From Octopus vulgaris (taxonomy: Eukaryota), in NCBI GenBank assembly GCA_951406725.2, contig OX597818.1, positions 100,192,001 through 100,256,000 on the forward strand: a DNA stretch of 64,000 nt, written 5' to 3'. Positions within the stretch are counted from its first letter, which is position 1; each line of letters starts with the position of its first letter. Positions 12,615-25,199 of this stretch are shown here, piece after piece. The translations under genes and the position numbers were made by a program. The notes below the pieces were generated by a model. It saw only the letters and a program-made list of their open reading frames with translations, did no database searches and had not been told where the DNA came from.

Positions 12615-14313
12615 TTGCAAAATGTTGACGTGTCACCGAACAGGACATTGGCTAAATATTTCAAGGCGGTAAAAGCAATAGTGCGGAGGAAGCTGCGGAT
12701 GAAGCAAGAAAATTGGTGGAATGATAGATGCGAAGACTTCAAATGCTAACAATTCTAAACATTTTTACTCTCTCCTGAAAAATGTTTATGGACTAGTTTC
12801 ATCAAAGGTTGTACCAGTTAGGAGCAAGGATGGTACAGATTTATTCACAAATCTTAAAGATATTGTGGGTAGATGGAAAGTATATTTTGATGAGTTGCTC
12901 AATAGACCCACAGAAGTTGATCTCTCTTTTCTAGATAATATAACCGAGATACCAATAAATATCTTATAGTAGAGGTTCCAAACCTGGCTGAAATAAAAGC
13001 AGCAATCACAAAATTGAACAACGGAAAGGCCCCTGGTATGGATGGACTAGGTGCAGAGATATGTAAATATGGTGGTGATTCTCTTTGTACAATGTTGACG
13101 AGTGTGATTCATAGGGTTTTGCAAAGTAAAGAGACTCCTCCAGTTTGGCGTGAAGCATCTATGGAGATACTATATAAATCAAAAGGCGGAAAGAAATTAT
13201 GTGATAATTATCGCGACATCTGTCGTGATATTCCTGCTCCTACACAGTTTGCTATATATCTCGCAATAGTCTTTTAAATAGCTATTAAAGATTGCTTAAA
13301 GGGGTCTATATAAGATATAGGACAACATGTAAACAAACTGTTCAATCTCAAAATACTCTGGGCCAAAACGAAGTTCTGCATTCTCGCCTTAATGAGTTTC
13401 TGTATGCAGATGAGTGTGACTTGTTGTCACATTCTCAGAAAGATATGCAGCACATAGTGAATGCGATTTCTACATCATGTGTAGCATTGGGTCTAACAAA
13501 CAATCTAAAAAAATTATAATGTACCAGCCCACTCCCTTCAAGATGTATCTGGAAACTTTTATAACTGTGAATAGTCAAAGGTTGGAGATGGTACCTAGGA
13601 CAGTATTTAGGAAGTACCATGAGGATTGCTGGTCTTGATGATGAAATTTCATACAGAATCAGCAGGGCTAGTAGTGCTTTTGGTAGGCTTGATAGGCGTC
13701 TGTGGAAACAACATATCTTCACAAATTAAAGTTAAGGTATATAACACATGCGTCCTCCCATCTTTTCTATATGGAAGTGAGGTATGGGTTGTTTACGGTA
13801 GGCAGGTAAAGCAATTGGAACGATATTATCAATATTATCTGAGAAAGATTTGGGGGATAAACTGGAAAATAGCCATGAGTAATGTGGAGGTGCTTGAAAG
13901 GAGTGGCAGTAGAAGTATAAAGACGTTTGAGGTGGGGAACCTGTAGAAAGTGAAAGACTGTTGCATTTTATGTGGGTGGATTGTGGGCGGAGGTGCTTGA
14001 GTTGTGCAGGCCTGGTGAGCCATCAAAATTCTCATTGAAATCGACCTTTGATCAACAACGGTGTGACTATTAAAATTCGTAACAAAACGTGTGTAAAATG
14101 TGAAAGGCTATGCCTCTCAGTTGGAGGTCAAAAAGACATGTTAAGAGAGTGCATTTAGTGGCACCTGTTTCTCCTGTCTAGTATGCAATAAAATGTGTAA
14201 AAGCTTGGCTGGGCATAAAAGTCATATTAAGGCATCACATGGCAAAAATCATGAATAATTTCAGTAAGTCTTCTTGCCAATGGCTTTTCTCGTGTAGCGA
14301 GGATGAAGCTGTC
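12615..14313 (+). mobile_element. RTE-clade LINE, 5'-truncated, internally deleted, decayed
   Basis: RKLRMKQENWW, NNGKAPGMDG, FLYADECDL (YADD), YLGS...DDEISYRISRASSAFGRL, KVKVYNTCVLPSFLYGSEVW and C-terminal CxxC...H motifs; ends at (TA)n. Confidence 0.9.
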
Positions 14314-15112
14314 ATATATATATGTATATACTAATATATATATGTAATCTCTCTTCCTCTCTCTCTACTTACACATATCTATCTCTGTCTGTCTATGTAT
14401 GTATCTATCTACATATCTACATATATATATATGCATATATATATTTATATATATATATATATATACTTACACACAAACACACGTATATATTCACAAAGGT
14501 ATACCAATGCGCACATATGATAGAAAATAGAATATATTACTAATTGCAGAAACATACAGTGCTTCTCTACTGGCCGCAATACAATTCTTTCATAAAAAGC
14601 TTTTAAAAAATGATATTTTAAATTCTTCATTTGTAGTCACTTTGTAGAAATCGCTGTTAGACAAAACTTAACAAAGTTTATGTTGTCTGGAACGGAAATG
14701 ATATAAAAACACAGTTTCCATCGTTACAAAAACATATAAGCATATTACATAAGCAATTATTTCCACAGACGTGGAAGCATACTTTTCTGTCTGGAAATGC
14801 TTTTTTGTACCCAAATATATGTTTATATTATCATATATATCTTGTATATAGACATAAATATAAACAGAAGATTAAATAAGTTTGACATAAAAAATATTGG
14901 TATGTGTATCAGAATGCATAAAATATAGCGTCTGTTAAACAGACGCATTGTAGAACTCAGGCTGACAGTTGATACAAATTTTCATAATAATAAGAATATA
15001 AAATACATAGTGCTAATTATATAAATGACCTTGCTATGTGTGTTGTAGCTTATCTCATTCGCACCCACCTTCTCTTTCGCTCACCTTGTGAGCAATTTTA
15101 AATTTACATATA

Positions 15113-15472
15113 GGCGCAGGCATGGCTCTGTGGTAAGACGTTTTGCCTCCCAGCTACATGGTTCTGGGTTCAGTACTGCTGCGTGGTACCTTGCGCAAAT
15201 ACCCTGAACCAAGCAAAGTTTTGTTAGTGGATTTAGAAGACCGAAAGAGGTCCGTCGTATATAAATAAATAAATAAATATATATATTTGCATGTATGTAT
15301 GTATGTATGTATATATATATATAGTAATATATATATGCATATATATATATATATATATTTTGTATGTATGTATGTTTATATATATTAATCTTATATATAT
15401 TCTTTCGTCACACTCCTGTGTGCATCAGTGTCCTTTGTTTATATATATTATACTAACCGTCAGCCATGTATG

Positions 15473-15503
<31 letters not shown>

Positions 15504-15762
15504 GCATGTATGTTTGTATGTATATATATAGATATATATATATATGTGTGTGTGTGTGTGTAAAGATTTTGTGTGTATGCTTGTATCAGTGTTTTTCCCT
15601 CCATCACCACTTAATCAACCGATGTTGGTGTGTTTACGTCCCCATAAGTGAACGGTTCATCAAAAGATATGTAAAAGCCTTACAAAGAATAAGTCTCGAC
15701 TAAAACTGGTACTCCAGCATAGCCGCAGTCAAGTGACTGAAACAAGTAAGGAGAATGAAGAG
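15113..15762 (+). mobile_element. tRNA-derived SINE type A, split by internal microsatellite expansion
   Basis: Head GGCGCAGGCATGGCTCTGTGGTAAG...GGTTCAGT and tail CCAGCATAGCCGCAGTCAAGTGACTGAAACAAG match copies at 44971 and 51517. Confidence 0.85.
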
Positions 15763-15763
15763 A

Positions 15764-15794
<31 letters not shown>

Positions 15795-15804
15795 CATGCA
15801 TACT

Positions 15805-15838
<34 letters not shown>

Positions 15839-16238
15839 CATACATAAACATACACACATATATATATACATACATATATATATACTCGCCTGTGTATATA
15901 CATATACTTACATATCGCTTTATATGTATATATAATTATATCTAAATGCATGTAATTTATACATGCGTGTACTTGCTTGCGCGCTTGTGTGTGTGCGTGT
16001 GTGCATATGCATATGTGTGGTTATTAAGGATATGCAAAGCACTGTAGTAAAGTCCTCTGTATAGGATGTCGAAATATTCTCAGTATATTTACGTGTATAT
16101 TACATATACACGTAATAATACCCGGGGCAGTTTAATTATGTTTTTGAATACCAAGCATGAAATTATATATATATATATATCCATACACACACATATAAAT
16201 ATACATATATGTATATATGGAATGTGTTTAGGTATGTT

Positions 16239-16301
<63 letters not shown>

Positions 16302-16555
16302 TCGCCGCCTCCTCTGCAATGCTTGACTTCTCCAGCAATTAGTTTGCTGCGATCGGCTGATCTTATCGTTGCTTAATCGTTGCTGCAGCATTTTTTGCGT
16401 CTATTACAAGAAAAGGTCAATCACATTCTTCATATCCACATATTTAACATGCTTTTTGAAATGCTGATTTCTTTACTTGTAATTGGTAACGCGCTTATTC
16501 ATCCAAACAACGAAAGATTGTTAAAAAGAAATCACGTACAAAAATTAAAGCATGA

Positions 16556-16604
<49 letters not shown>

Positions 16605-17164
16605 TGAGTGAGTGAGTGGGGAGTAATGCATAATAAGTTGAAGAAAATGAAAGAGAAAAGGTGTCGGACTATATAAAGTCGAACTGCAGAATAACATTTA
16701 GTTGCAGATGGAAAAAAATAATTCACTTTTAACATTTTGTTTAATTTACACATGAAATATTTCAGATGTCGGCAAATTCTGAAGAATTTCGATGCTAGCT
16801 TGCCCTTTGGTCTTTTAGTACGTCTGGCAAAATCGTCAGAATTTGTTGAATATTCACCGATGTGCATTGAGACGTTTAGGCTTTCCAGCGAACAAAGTAA
16901 ACCAAAAAATTTTATTTTTCTTCATTGGAAAATGTATTTAGTCATAAATAGAATTACGTATAATCACCTTTTAAAATACCTCAACCAATACCATTGTAAT
17001 CTCTATACAAACCTGAACATGTTCATAAGATCTGTACATCGTACATCATTTTATACGTTGACATGAAATCTTGAAACATTGCCATTGGTATTTATCGTTT
17101 CTGGTAACACACGGAGGCAAATGATATTTCCATACATATATTTTAAGTTCTAAGGAAGCTAAAA

Positions 17165-17226
17165 TTTACGGTTTGTGACGTCCTGTACACATATATGCAT
17201 AGATATTTGTGCATGTGTGTACATAT

Positions 17227-17266
<40 letters not shown>

Positions 17267-17490
17267 ATGTATATATTATTTATGTTGTTATTTGATTGAA
17301 CGCCACGCATCCATTTCAAAATATGTTTATTTGTATATCTATCTATCTATCTATCTGTCTGTCTGTAAATGTATATAGATAGGAATTTAACATGTTGCAA
17401 AATGTTGACGTCAACGCACAGGACAGTGGCTACATATTTCAAGGCGGTAAAAACAATAGGTAAAGGTCAATCTCATTCTTCATATCCATA
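17165..17490 (+). repeat. Diverged local duplicate of 10935-11036 + 12432-12681 + 16411-16440
   Basis: Shared blocks TTTACGGTTTGTGACGTCCT, TTGTTATTTGATTGAACGCCACGCATCCATTT, ATATTTCAAGGCGGTAAAA and AAGGTCAATC.CATTCTTCATATCCA in the same order. Confidence 0.85.
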
Positions 17491-17823
17491 AGCTATAATA
17501 CGATGCACAAGTACACAGGTCTAAGTACACTGCATCTTATTGCACGAACATCTGTAAACTAATTTGCCAGTTTCATATTACTCTCTGTACTCGACAGCAC
17601 TCTGTTCTGAAGCATTTGTATACTGAGTTCTAACACTTAGTTTTTAGTTTCGCTATTTCTTCACGAAATTTTACAATATTTTAGCAATAAATGGATCTCA
17701 CGCATTTCAGCGAATAATCCTATAAACACTACATATACATAAATAAGATGAAAGATTTTTTTTTAATGCGGCGATACCTCGTTGGAATTGACTACACTTT
17801 CATTGTGTATTTTAATAAAAATT

Positions 17824-18110
17824 GGAGGCGCAATGGCCCAATGGTTACGGTAGCGGACTCGCCGTCAGAGGACCACGGTTTCGATTCCCAGACCGGGCGT
17901 TGTGTGTGTTTATTGAGTGAAAACACCTAAAGCTCCATGAGGCTCCGGGAGGGGGTGGTGGCGACCCCTGTTGTACTCTTTCGCCCCAACGTTTTCTCAC
18001 TCTTTTTTCCACTTTCTTCAGTAATGCGGGGGGGGGGGCACATACGCCATAGAAACAGGGAAACCAGGTACATGAACCTGGCTAGGCTTGAAAAGGGCGC
18101 ATAAATAAAA
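17824..18110 (+). mobile_element. tRNA-derived SINE type B
   Basis: Pol III A-box-like TGGCCCAATGG and B-box-like GGTTTCGATTCC; homologous to 38356, 49361 and 58479. Confidence 0.9.
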
Positions 18111-19898
18111 ATATATAATTTCAACAAAAAATATTGTTATTAAAATTACATCATAGATTGCGACAAAATAGTACTGTACCGTGCGAATGCTGTTGCCATG
18201 AAGCTTATTCTCATTAATGTTTATGATAATTGAAACTCTGGATGAACTAATCTTTTTTCTTCAAAGTATTATCCAACATCTTATATATACGTTGAACTAC
18301 ATATAGATAGAAAGAAACTCATTTGTTACAGTTATGATGCAAGAATTATTTAATAATTCTGTAGAATTTCATTATATCGTTTCAAGTAAATCAAATGATA
18401 ATACTATCTTTAAATTTAGCTCTGTCGTCAATAAGTTCCCATCGATATCCTATATATTGGAGTCTGTCTCATATGACTATTTCTCAACGATGGTCAAAAC
18501 ATGTTTTAAAGTGAAATAGCATGGTTTCTTCCACCATTGATTTCAGTGACTTAGTAATTAAATTTACTGATCTCCTGCATAGAATGCTACAAGTCACACA
18601 ATAGAGAGAAATAATTTTAATCTAACAGTTAGCAGCTGCATCTGAAAGGAGTGCAATTCTATCGGAGCTTCAACAATCGGTACAATTTTGTTTTTGATTC
18701 TTTCGCTCTCTCTTTTCCTTTTGTAGTATAATCAGTTTAGTTTACAGAACCATTATAGTTACAGACACAACAGGACCGCTTTACTTTGGTGACTCTTTAT
18801 TCTCTTCATATAATGCATATAATCTTATTTTAAAATCGATATCAAATGTGAATTCATACCCTCTTAAAGATGACTGTATTTGTATGTTTACAACGACAAT
18901 GCTGAAAAAGCTGATTTCCAAAGAGAAATTTACTCTCGACTTCTTTGTTTCACAATCATTTACGGCCAATGTGATATGAATGAAATGGGAATACATTTTT
19001 AGATTGAAGCCATAGAAGTGGATTCAGCGGCTAAGGAAGCGTGGTAAAGGTGTGGTCTAGAACAATTTAGACTCGGGTGATTTATCAACCTGACAAAGTT
19101 ACAGCCACTAAGGCGTCTTACCGTTAAGTCACTTTTGTCTTGTAATTTACAATTTGTAAGAGAAAATGTTTTCTTTCAACCATGACTATTAGACATTTAA
19201 TATGATGATTTAGCAAATAACATTTCATTTTCCTATTAGTGGTAAGTTTGCAAAGACGTTGCCGTTGTTTTTCAGCTATAAATTAACTATGGAAGGGTAG
19301 ACATCTCACACAAGATATTAGTGTCCTAATCTCCAATTTAACACAAAGACATGGGGTATATAAGAATAAATTAACCAACGTGATTCTTTTTCTAAGACGA
19401 ATAGATTTAGTTAGACAAAGTCTGGCAGTTTTTTTGTGGCAGGTCGAGTGAAATATTAGAGATGCTATCGTCGGTTGGGCATGTATTCACAATTGTATAT
19501 GTGCATAAAATTAATAAAATCCTACGCAGTGAAATTAATTAGCATTTTAAAAAATCCCTAAATAAAAACAGAAAAATGTACTTGTTGGTAGATAAGAGTG
19601 CAAAGAACATGGCAAGACATCTTTAAAAAATATCGAAATAAAACGGGTACGAGTAGTCTATATATTGCGAATAAATAAGGGCATTTGGCCAAGGATACAT
19701 ACTGGATGTAAATAAAAGTAAACAGGTTGAAACAGTAAGAAAGACAATGGAGAAAAACAGAAGGATGCCACCCATAAGATTATTGTTTTTAAAACCTATG
19801 AAATGAGAGTGGTACAGAGTGGACCCAACTGTCACAACCATAGTGCCGCATTCTTCTAGCAATAGGCAAAGGGTTTGTGAGGATAATGAGAATGACAG

Positions 19899-20049
19899 TG
19901 GTGATGATAATTTTCGGATATTTATGTACTGTTTTGCATAATAATTCATTTCATAATATGGCAAGATGAGTGTCTGTCTATTTGTGAAACCATGGATTTA
20001 ATTTTATTATGCAAAATAGTACATAAATATCCGAAAATTATCCTCACCA
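19899..20049. repeat. Inverted repeat, 46-bp arms, about 59-bp spacer
   Basis: TGGTGATGATAATTTTCGGATATTTATGTACTGTTTTGCATAATAA versus TTATTATGCAAAATAGTACATAAATATCCGAAAATTATCCTCACCA. Confidence 0.9.
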
Positions 20050-20939
20050 TTTGCAGTATCACTGTTTATGGTCTATGAATGCTGTATTGTTAAGAAAAAT
20101 GATTTCACCTGACACAGGTGCACCTGTGACAACTTATTCAATAAAATCTAAACAGAAGTTCGTCTTCATTTTATAACGCTGAAGCCAGACTGGCAGATAT
20201 ATAATATGTATATAGGCTACAATGTTAAACTGGGAATCCGCAACTAAGTGGATTGGAAAATTGTTTTCCTTTCTATCGGGGAAAATTGGAAGTCATCGTT
20301 AGATTTGGCAAACCTAATTCTTTAAAGAAATAATAGAAAAATGTGGTAACCTATTTAGTATTGAATATTCATCTAAGAATGTATCAAGTTATCAAATTTA
20401 ATGTATTCAGAAAATGGGGTTTATATTTCATATTTATGATTGAAAGAATTTAACTATGAACGATATTTGATATTGGCGAATATTGTCTTAATTTATTTCC
20501 GTAAGTATATGAAACATATCCGGTTTGCTTAGGTTTAATTATGACCTCAGTAACAAATCTTGGCTATGAAAGTAGTCGCAGAGACTGATGAAACGAACAC
20601 TGTACACACCTAGACACTGGATGTTGAAGTAATGATTATATTGCTAAAACATTATTGCTTCTGCAAATAAGGAAGATGACGAGAAAGTTTTAACAAATAG
20701 AACATTAGCTTGACGCTTTATGGAAACTGACCTTCCGTCAGTCCGTCTTTCTGTCTGTATGTATGTACGTATGTGTGTCATTATTCTATTTGTTTTTTTT
20801 TCAAGATTTCTTGCCGATAGAGAAAGAGTTGGTTTCCAATTTAGATACAAGGTTCCTTCATTGGAATGTCAACATCGACAGCGTATCTTTCTATGTATAT
20901 GTGCAGATTCGTATGTTCTGCTTTATGTATCTATTCTCA

Positions 20940-21837
20940 TGCACATAGTCGCATATCAAGACATGATCATATGTACTTAAATAATTTTACAAATTTTTAC
21001 AGTTCCTGTGATGGCTTGGGTAGGTAGTCTTTCAATCAGCTTTCTCCTTTCTGGTTCTGAGAAGTGTAATTTCTCAAGAGTGATATCTAAGCAGTGTGTT
21101 ATATATCGCAGTTCTCCAATAACTACAGGTATAAACATGAACTTGTAATCTGGATAGGGTAACTGCAAATTTCTCAATAGTTCTGCGTAGGTATTTTCTT
21201 TTTCGCTGATCTTTAGCTTTATGTTAACATCCACAGGGCAGCTGATTTTCAAAACTGTTCACAGTCACTGTTCTCTGTATTAATATGTCAGGTCTATTAT
21301 GTTTACATTTTATTGAAGTTTTCACTATGACATTCGAATCTTTTCGGTTTGAACGGCAGTTTTTTTCTAGCGGTGTCATATGAAATTTCATCCATAATTA
21401 TGACCCTAGTATCAATCTATTGCATTTCAATCTGTTTTAGGGTTAGGGTCAGGGGTGGGGGGGGAAGGGTATCTTTTTTTCCTCAGAAATGTAAATAAAC
21501 CCAATCTGTTTCTTAAATGAGGGACGTATTCATACGGCACAGAATGTTGTTTTAACTCAATAGACATCACTGATTAGTTGCAATTGCAGAAATTGAAGAG
21601 AAAACATCAACAAATATCTTACAAACAATAGAATTTTCTCAAGAAAACCAAGAGAAAAAAATGTTTTATAAACACATTCTACCAGTATACGAAGTTTAAA
21701 AGTGTTTAGTTACAAAGAAATTATTTTAAAAAACTGCCGTTCAAACCGAAAAGATCCAGACATTCCATCAGTACTCCTTTTTATTATGACATGTTATGGC
21801 TTTCTCCATCCTGTGGGTTCTCATCTCTTTGTCCTCT
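20940..21837 (-). mobile_element. RLE-bearing (R4/Dong-like) LINE C-terminal fragment interrupted by a MITE
   Basis: After removing 21336-21757 the minus strand reads KEY*WNVIVKTSIKCKHNRPDILI...ISCPVDVNI...KENTY...FIPVVIG, a PD-(D/E)xK restriction-like endonuclease domain. Confidence 0.85.
21336..21757. mobile_element. 422-bp MITE with about 30-bp TIRs and 8-bp TSD
   Basis: GAATCTTTTCGGTTTGAACGGCAGTTTTTT / AAAAAACTGCCGTTCAAACCGAAAAGATCC; flanks TGACATTC and AGACATTC. Confidence 0.92.
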
Positions 21838-22015
21838 ATGTATGCATCAATGTTTGTATGTATGTTTGTGCGTATGTATGTATATATGTATGTATGTATA
21901 TGCGTGTATGTGTGTGTGCGTTTTCATTTATATATATATTAATGTGTACATATACCAGAAATTATAATTTGTATGTGCCATATACCCATCACCCGGTATA
22001 GACGTATATGTAAAT

Positions 22016-22290
22016 GGGGCCGTATGGCCTGGTCGTCAGGGCGCTGCATTGACGATCTCAAGATCGTAGTTTCGAATCTAGGACCGGATGGCGCGGTTTG
22101 TTTTTAAGCAAGATATTTCATCTCACGTGATTCTCTGACGAGTTGGAAATCTGACATGTGACATACTATGTACACATTAAGTTAATGTTGATTAGATATG
22201 GGGCTTAAGCTAGTACGCAACACGGACACTTGAGTACTATATACCAATCATGCTCTGCAGGTTCTCCAGCAAGAAATTGCAGAACTGACC
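22016..22290 (+). mobile_element. tRNA-derived SINE type C (decayed)
   Basis: Head TGGCCTGGTCG...GTTTCGAATC; body similar to 38709-39018. Confidence 0.7.
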
Positions 22291-22466
22291 ACCATGCACA
22301 TGTAAATATATATGTGTGCATATAGCATATATTATATACAGGAATACGATCGATGAAAATTTGTAAACCTTCAGCAGTATATGTAACTACATACATATCA
22401 CTGATAAGAGACTAAAATATTTATGTATTGACAGGCAAATGCGACAAATTGAAGAATAATCCAGAA

Positions 22467-22763
22467 CAGTATTACTGAAAGTAGTGGTCCACGGACCGGC
22501 CGGGTCCACCAGCCATCAGCTGCCGGTACGCGTTGAGTTTCCAGAAAAGAAAGCAACAATAGCATAATTTCAGTTATGTAATACCAGCTTATGTAATATT
22601 TTATTATTTGTTTACATAATAAATATAAGATTAGAAAAAAATTGTCAACTTTTATTATACTCATTACATATATTTTTCCGGTATAAATTAATATTACTAA
22701 GAAATATTACTGGTCCTTGGCATATTGGAAAAAACTGCCGATCAGATAGTTTAAGAAGCACTA
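22467..22763. mobile_element. hAT/Charlie-like MITE (decayed)
   Basis: Ends CAGTATTACTGAAAGTAGTGGTCCACGGACCGG and AGTTTAAGAAGCACTA resemble MER5/Charlie-type termini; TSD not clearly preserved. Confidence 0.5.
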
Positions 22764-23789
22764 AGTTTAAGATAATTTAATTATCTATAACAAGTTTATC
22801 CAGTGTTGTCGGATAAAATTGTGTTGTCGGATAAACTTGTCCTGATCACTAATTCGAACTCTTTTGTGAAACCAATCAACACTAAAACCAAATCTAGTTT
22901 GCTCTCATAAGATTACTCCTGCGATGAACTTGCCGAAAATATCTTATCCATTATCCCTCTGCTTGAAAGGAAGGCAAGGATATACTCCGGATGAATATAA
23001 CTGATAAAGGTGAACAAGAAAATATTTCGCAGAACTGGCTTCTATGGTCACCATCGATTACTCAGGCACCTTTCTATTTCTAAATAGAAAGGAAGCATAA
23101 AAGCTCTTGCGATTTCGGAAAAGGCCCTATTGTTTTTGTCTACGCTAATAAGCACATGAAAACCACGCATAATATGGCTGCCACCAAAAGTGAAAATCTA
23201 AACAAATGTTCTCACGAAGATTATGTGTATTTATCTCTTTACACTGTTTACCTTAACTACTGAGTCTGTACTGATCAGAGAGTCGGGTTATTGTTCACTG
23301 CTGTAAATTCTGCACCTAACACAAGAGACACATGATTTAGCAGTTTCGAAAAATTGTTGTGTTCAACGGGGTCTAATCTCACCTGATTTAGTTCTTAGAA
23401 TATAAATACCCTTCGTAATCAAATAAGCCGTTGGTAATATTTTAGTCCCTTAAGTTTGCCTGATGAAAATTAAGAATCAAAGTAAGCTGGGAGATCATGA
23501 GGACAACATTCCAACCAGGTGGTCTGAATCTGCCTCGTTGATGACTACAAGCGAGATTTTGTATTCTGTAATCAACAAGAATTTATCTCTGCTCCTCAAA
23601 ACTATAAGCAATAGAACAGAACTTTCAAATCAATTTTATTAAAACAACATCTACGCAGGCTGTATGTTATCTTCGTGTTTCAGTTACTCGTTGGAAAATA
23701 TCTATCGAAATGCTTCTCATAGTTCCATGTTGGTTATGTGAATCTTAAGATCATTTAGCACAGTTCACATTGAGCTAAGATTCACATTG

Positions 23790-24170
23790 AGCTACAATTG
23801 ACGAATTTTTACTGATCCTCTTCTTTTTCCCTCCCTAAATTTCCACTCGGAAATTCGCTCCAACTATACAGTGCTACATAAAATAAAACTTTAGGTACTG
23901 AAGGAAAACTCTGTTCCATAGAATGACTATTTCGTTTATGATTAATCATAGTTTATTCCAAATCTTTTACATTGGATGATTCCATGTTGTTTGCAAGACC
24001 ATCTCTGTGGCATAATTACAACCTGGCAAGCAAGATACAATATTCTTCGAAATTTATAGCAGCGTGAGATCGTTGCTTTTAAAATTTACTATATCAAATG
24101 TTGGCCAAAAATAGTCCTACACGTTCCAATCAATTCCCACACTGACATCCAAGACCTGTAGCGTATTAGC
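23790..24170 (-). mobile_element. Possible very decayed LTR-retrotransposon integrase remnant (BEL/Pao-like)
   Basis: Minus-strand fragments YFWP, ATISRCYKFRR, FGINY and LERISE occur in the order expected of integrase motifs, but only across frameshifts. Confidence 0.25.
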
Positions 24171-24443
24171 TTTGTCTTAAATGCTCTTTGATGTCCATAC
24201 GCTATGTCCTTTCATAAGAACTGGTTGCAAAAGAAGCACCAGTACTTAACACTCAACTCGGATGCACAGTAACCATGTATGGTTTGTTCACAAGGATAAG
24301 AAGTCCGTAAATGCAAGATTTTCAGAATATAACCCAAACCCTGCACCATATCCATTGCGCTTTTCTTTCGGTTTTTCTCTTGTAGAAAAATGTATCCATG
24401 GAAGACAGCCAATGTCTTCAAATCGAGCCACTGTGAGTGCATA

Positions 24444-24488
<45 letters not shown>

Positions 24489-25199
24489 CTATCTCTGACA
24501 TATACGCACGCGCAAACACCTCCGAACACACGCACGAACATACACACACGCACTCACAAACACATATACATGTATGTGTGTATATATGTGCGTGTGTGTA
24601 TGTGTGTGCGTGTGAGAGAGAGAGAGTATTTTTATATGTTCTAAGGGAACTGAAACTGCGTATCTTCAAACATCAATTAATCTAGTCTCGGCAACACATT
24701 TACACATTCACTAAATGTGATTGTTCCTAATATGTCAAATGCATAGCTATGCGGGGAAAAGTACTGAAATACGAAATAGAAACCATTTTATGTGATTGTA
24801 TGAGAACGATTATTTATGGCGGTTGAACATGCAATGCAGGTGACTGTCAAAACATGTGACTCTCACAGTGAATGTGCAATCGTTTAGATTGAACTAATTT
24901 CGATTCCGATCACAGGAACAAATTGATGCTCGTGTTATTTGAGTACCATAAATCTTTTGATATGAAGTAAGTTAATACATAGGAATGCATTGCATTATGT
25001 CGTGTTTGTGTATAATTATATACTTAGTATAGTGTGTCTGTGTGTGAGAGTACTTATGAATGTGTGTGTCTGTACGTGTGAGAATATATACATACATACA
25101 CACAAACTATCACACACACAGGGAAGCACACACACACACACACACATCTTTAAATATCCTTACTCTCAAAAATTAAGGAGGAATTCCCTAATATCAACG

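Noticed and set aside
14928-14946. Small palindrome GCGTCTGTT-A-AACAGACGC as Helitron 3' hairpin
   Set aside because: No CTRR terminus at the expected distance; short enough to be chance.
16766-16896. Candidate 131-nt exon (CRQILKNFDASLPFGLLVRLAKSSEF...)
   Set aside because: Weak polypyrimidine tract and donor, unrecognised peptide, no partner exons; needs RNA-seq or tblastn.
17824-17895. tRNA-like sequences here and at 38356, 49600, 54205
   Set aside because: They are SINE heads continuing into repeat bodies, without a paired acceptor stem or terminator.
19660-19705. Possible gag zinc-knuckle remnant (C...GHLAKD)
   Set aside because: Requires a frameshift and lacks several ligands.
21437-21455. 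TTAGGG repeats as interstitial telomere
   Set aside because: Only two perfect units and they lie inside a MITE.
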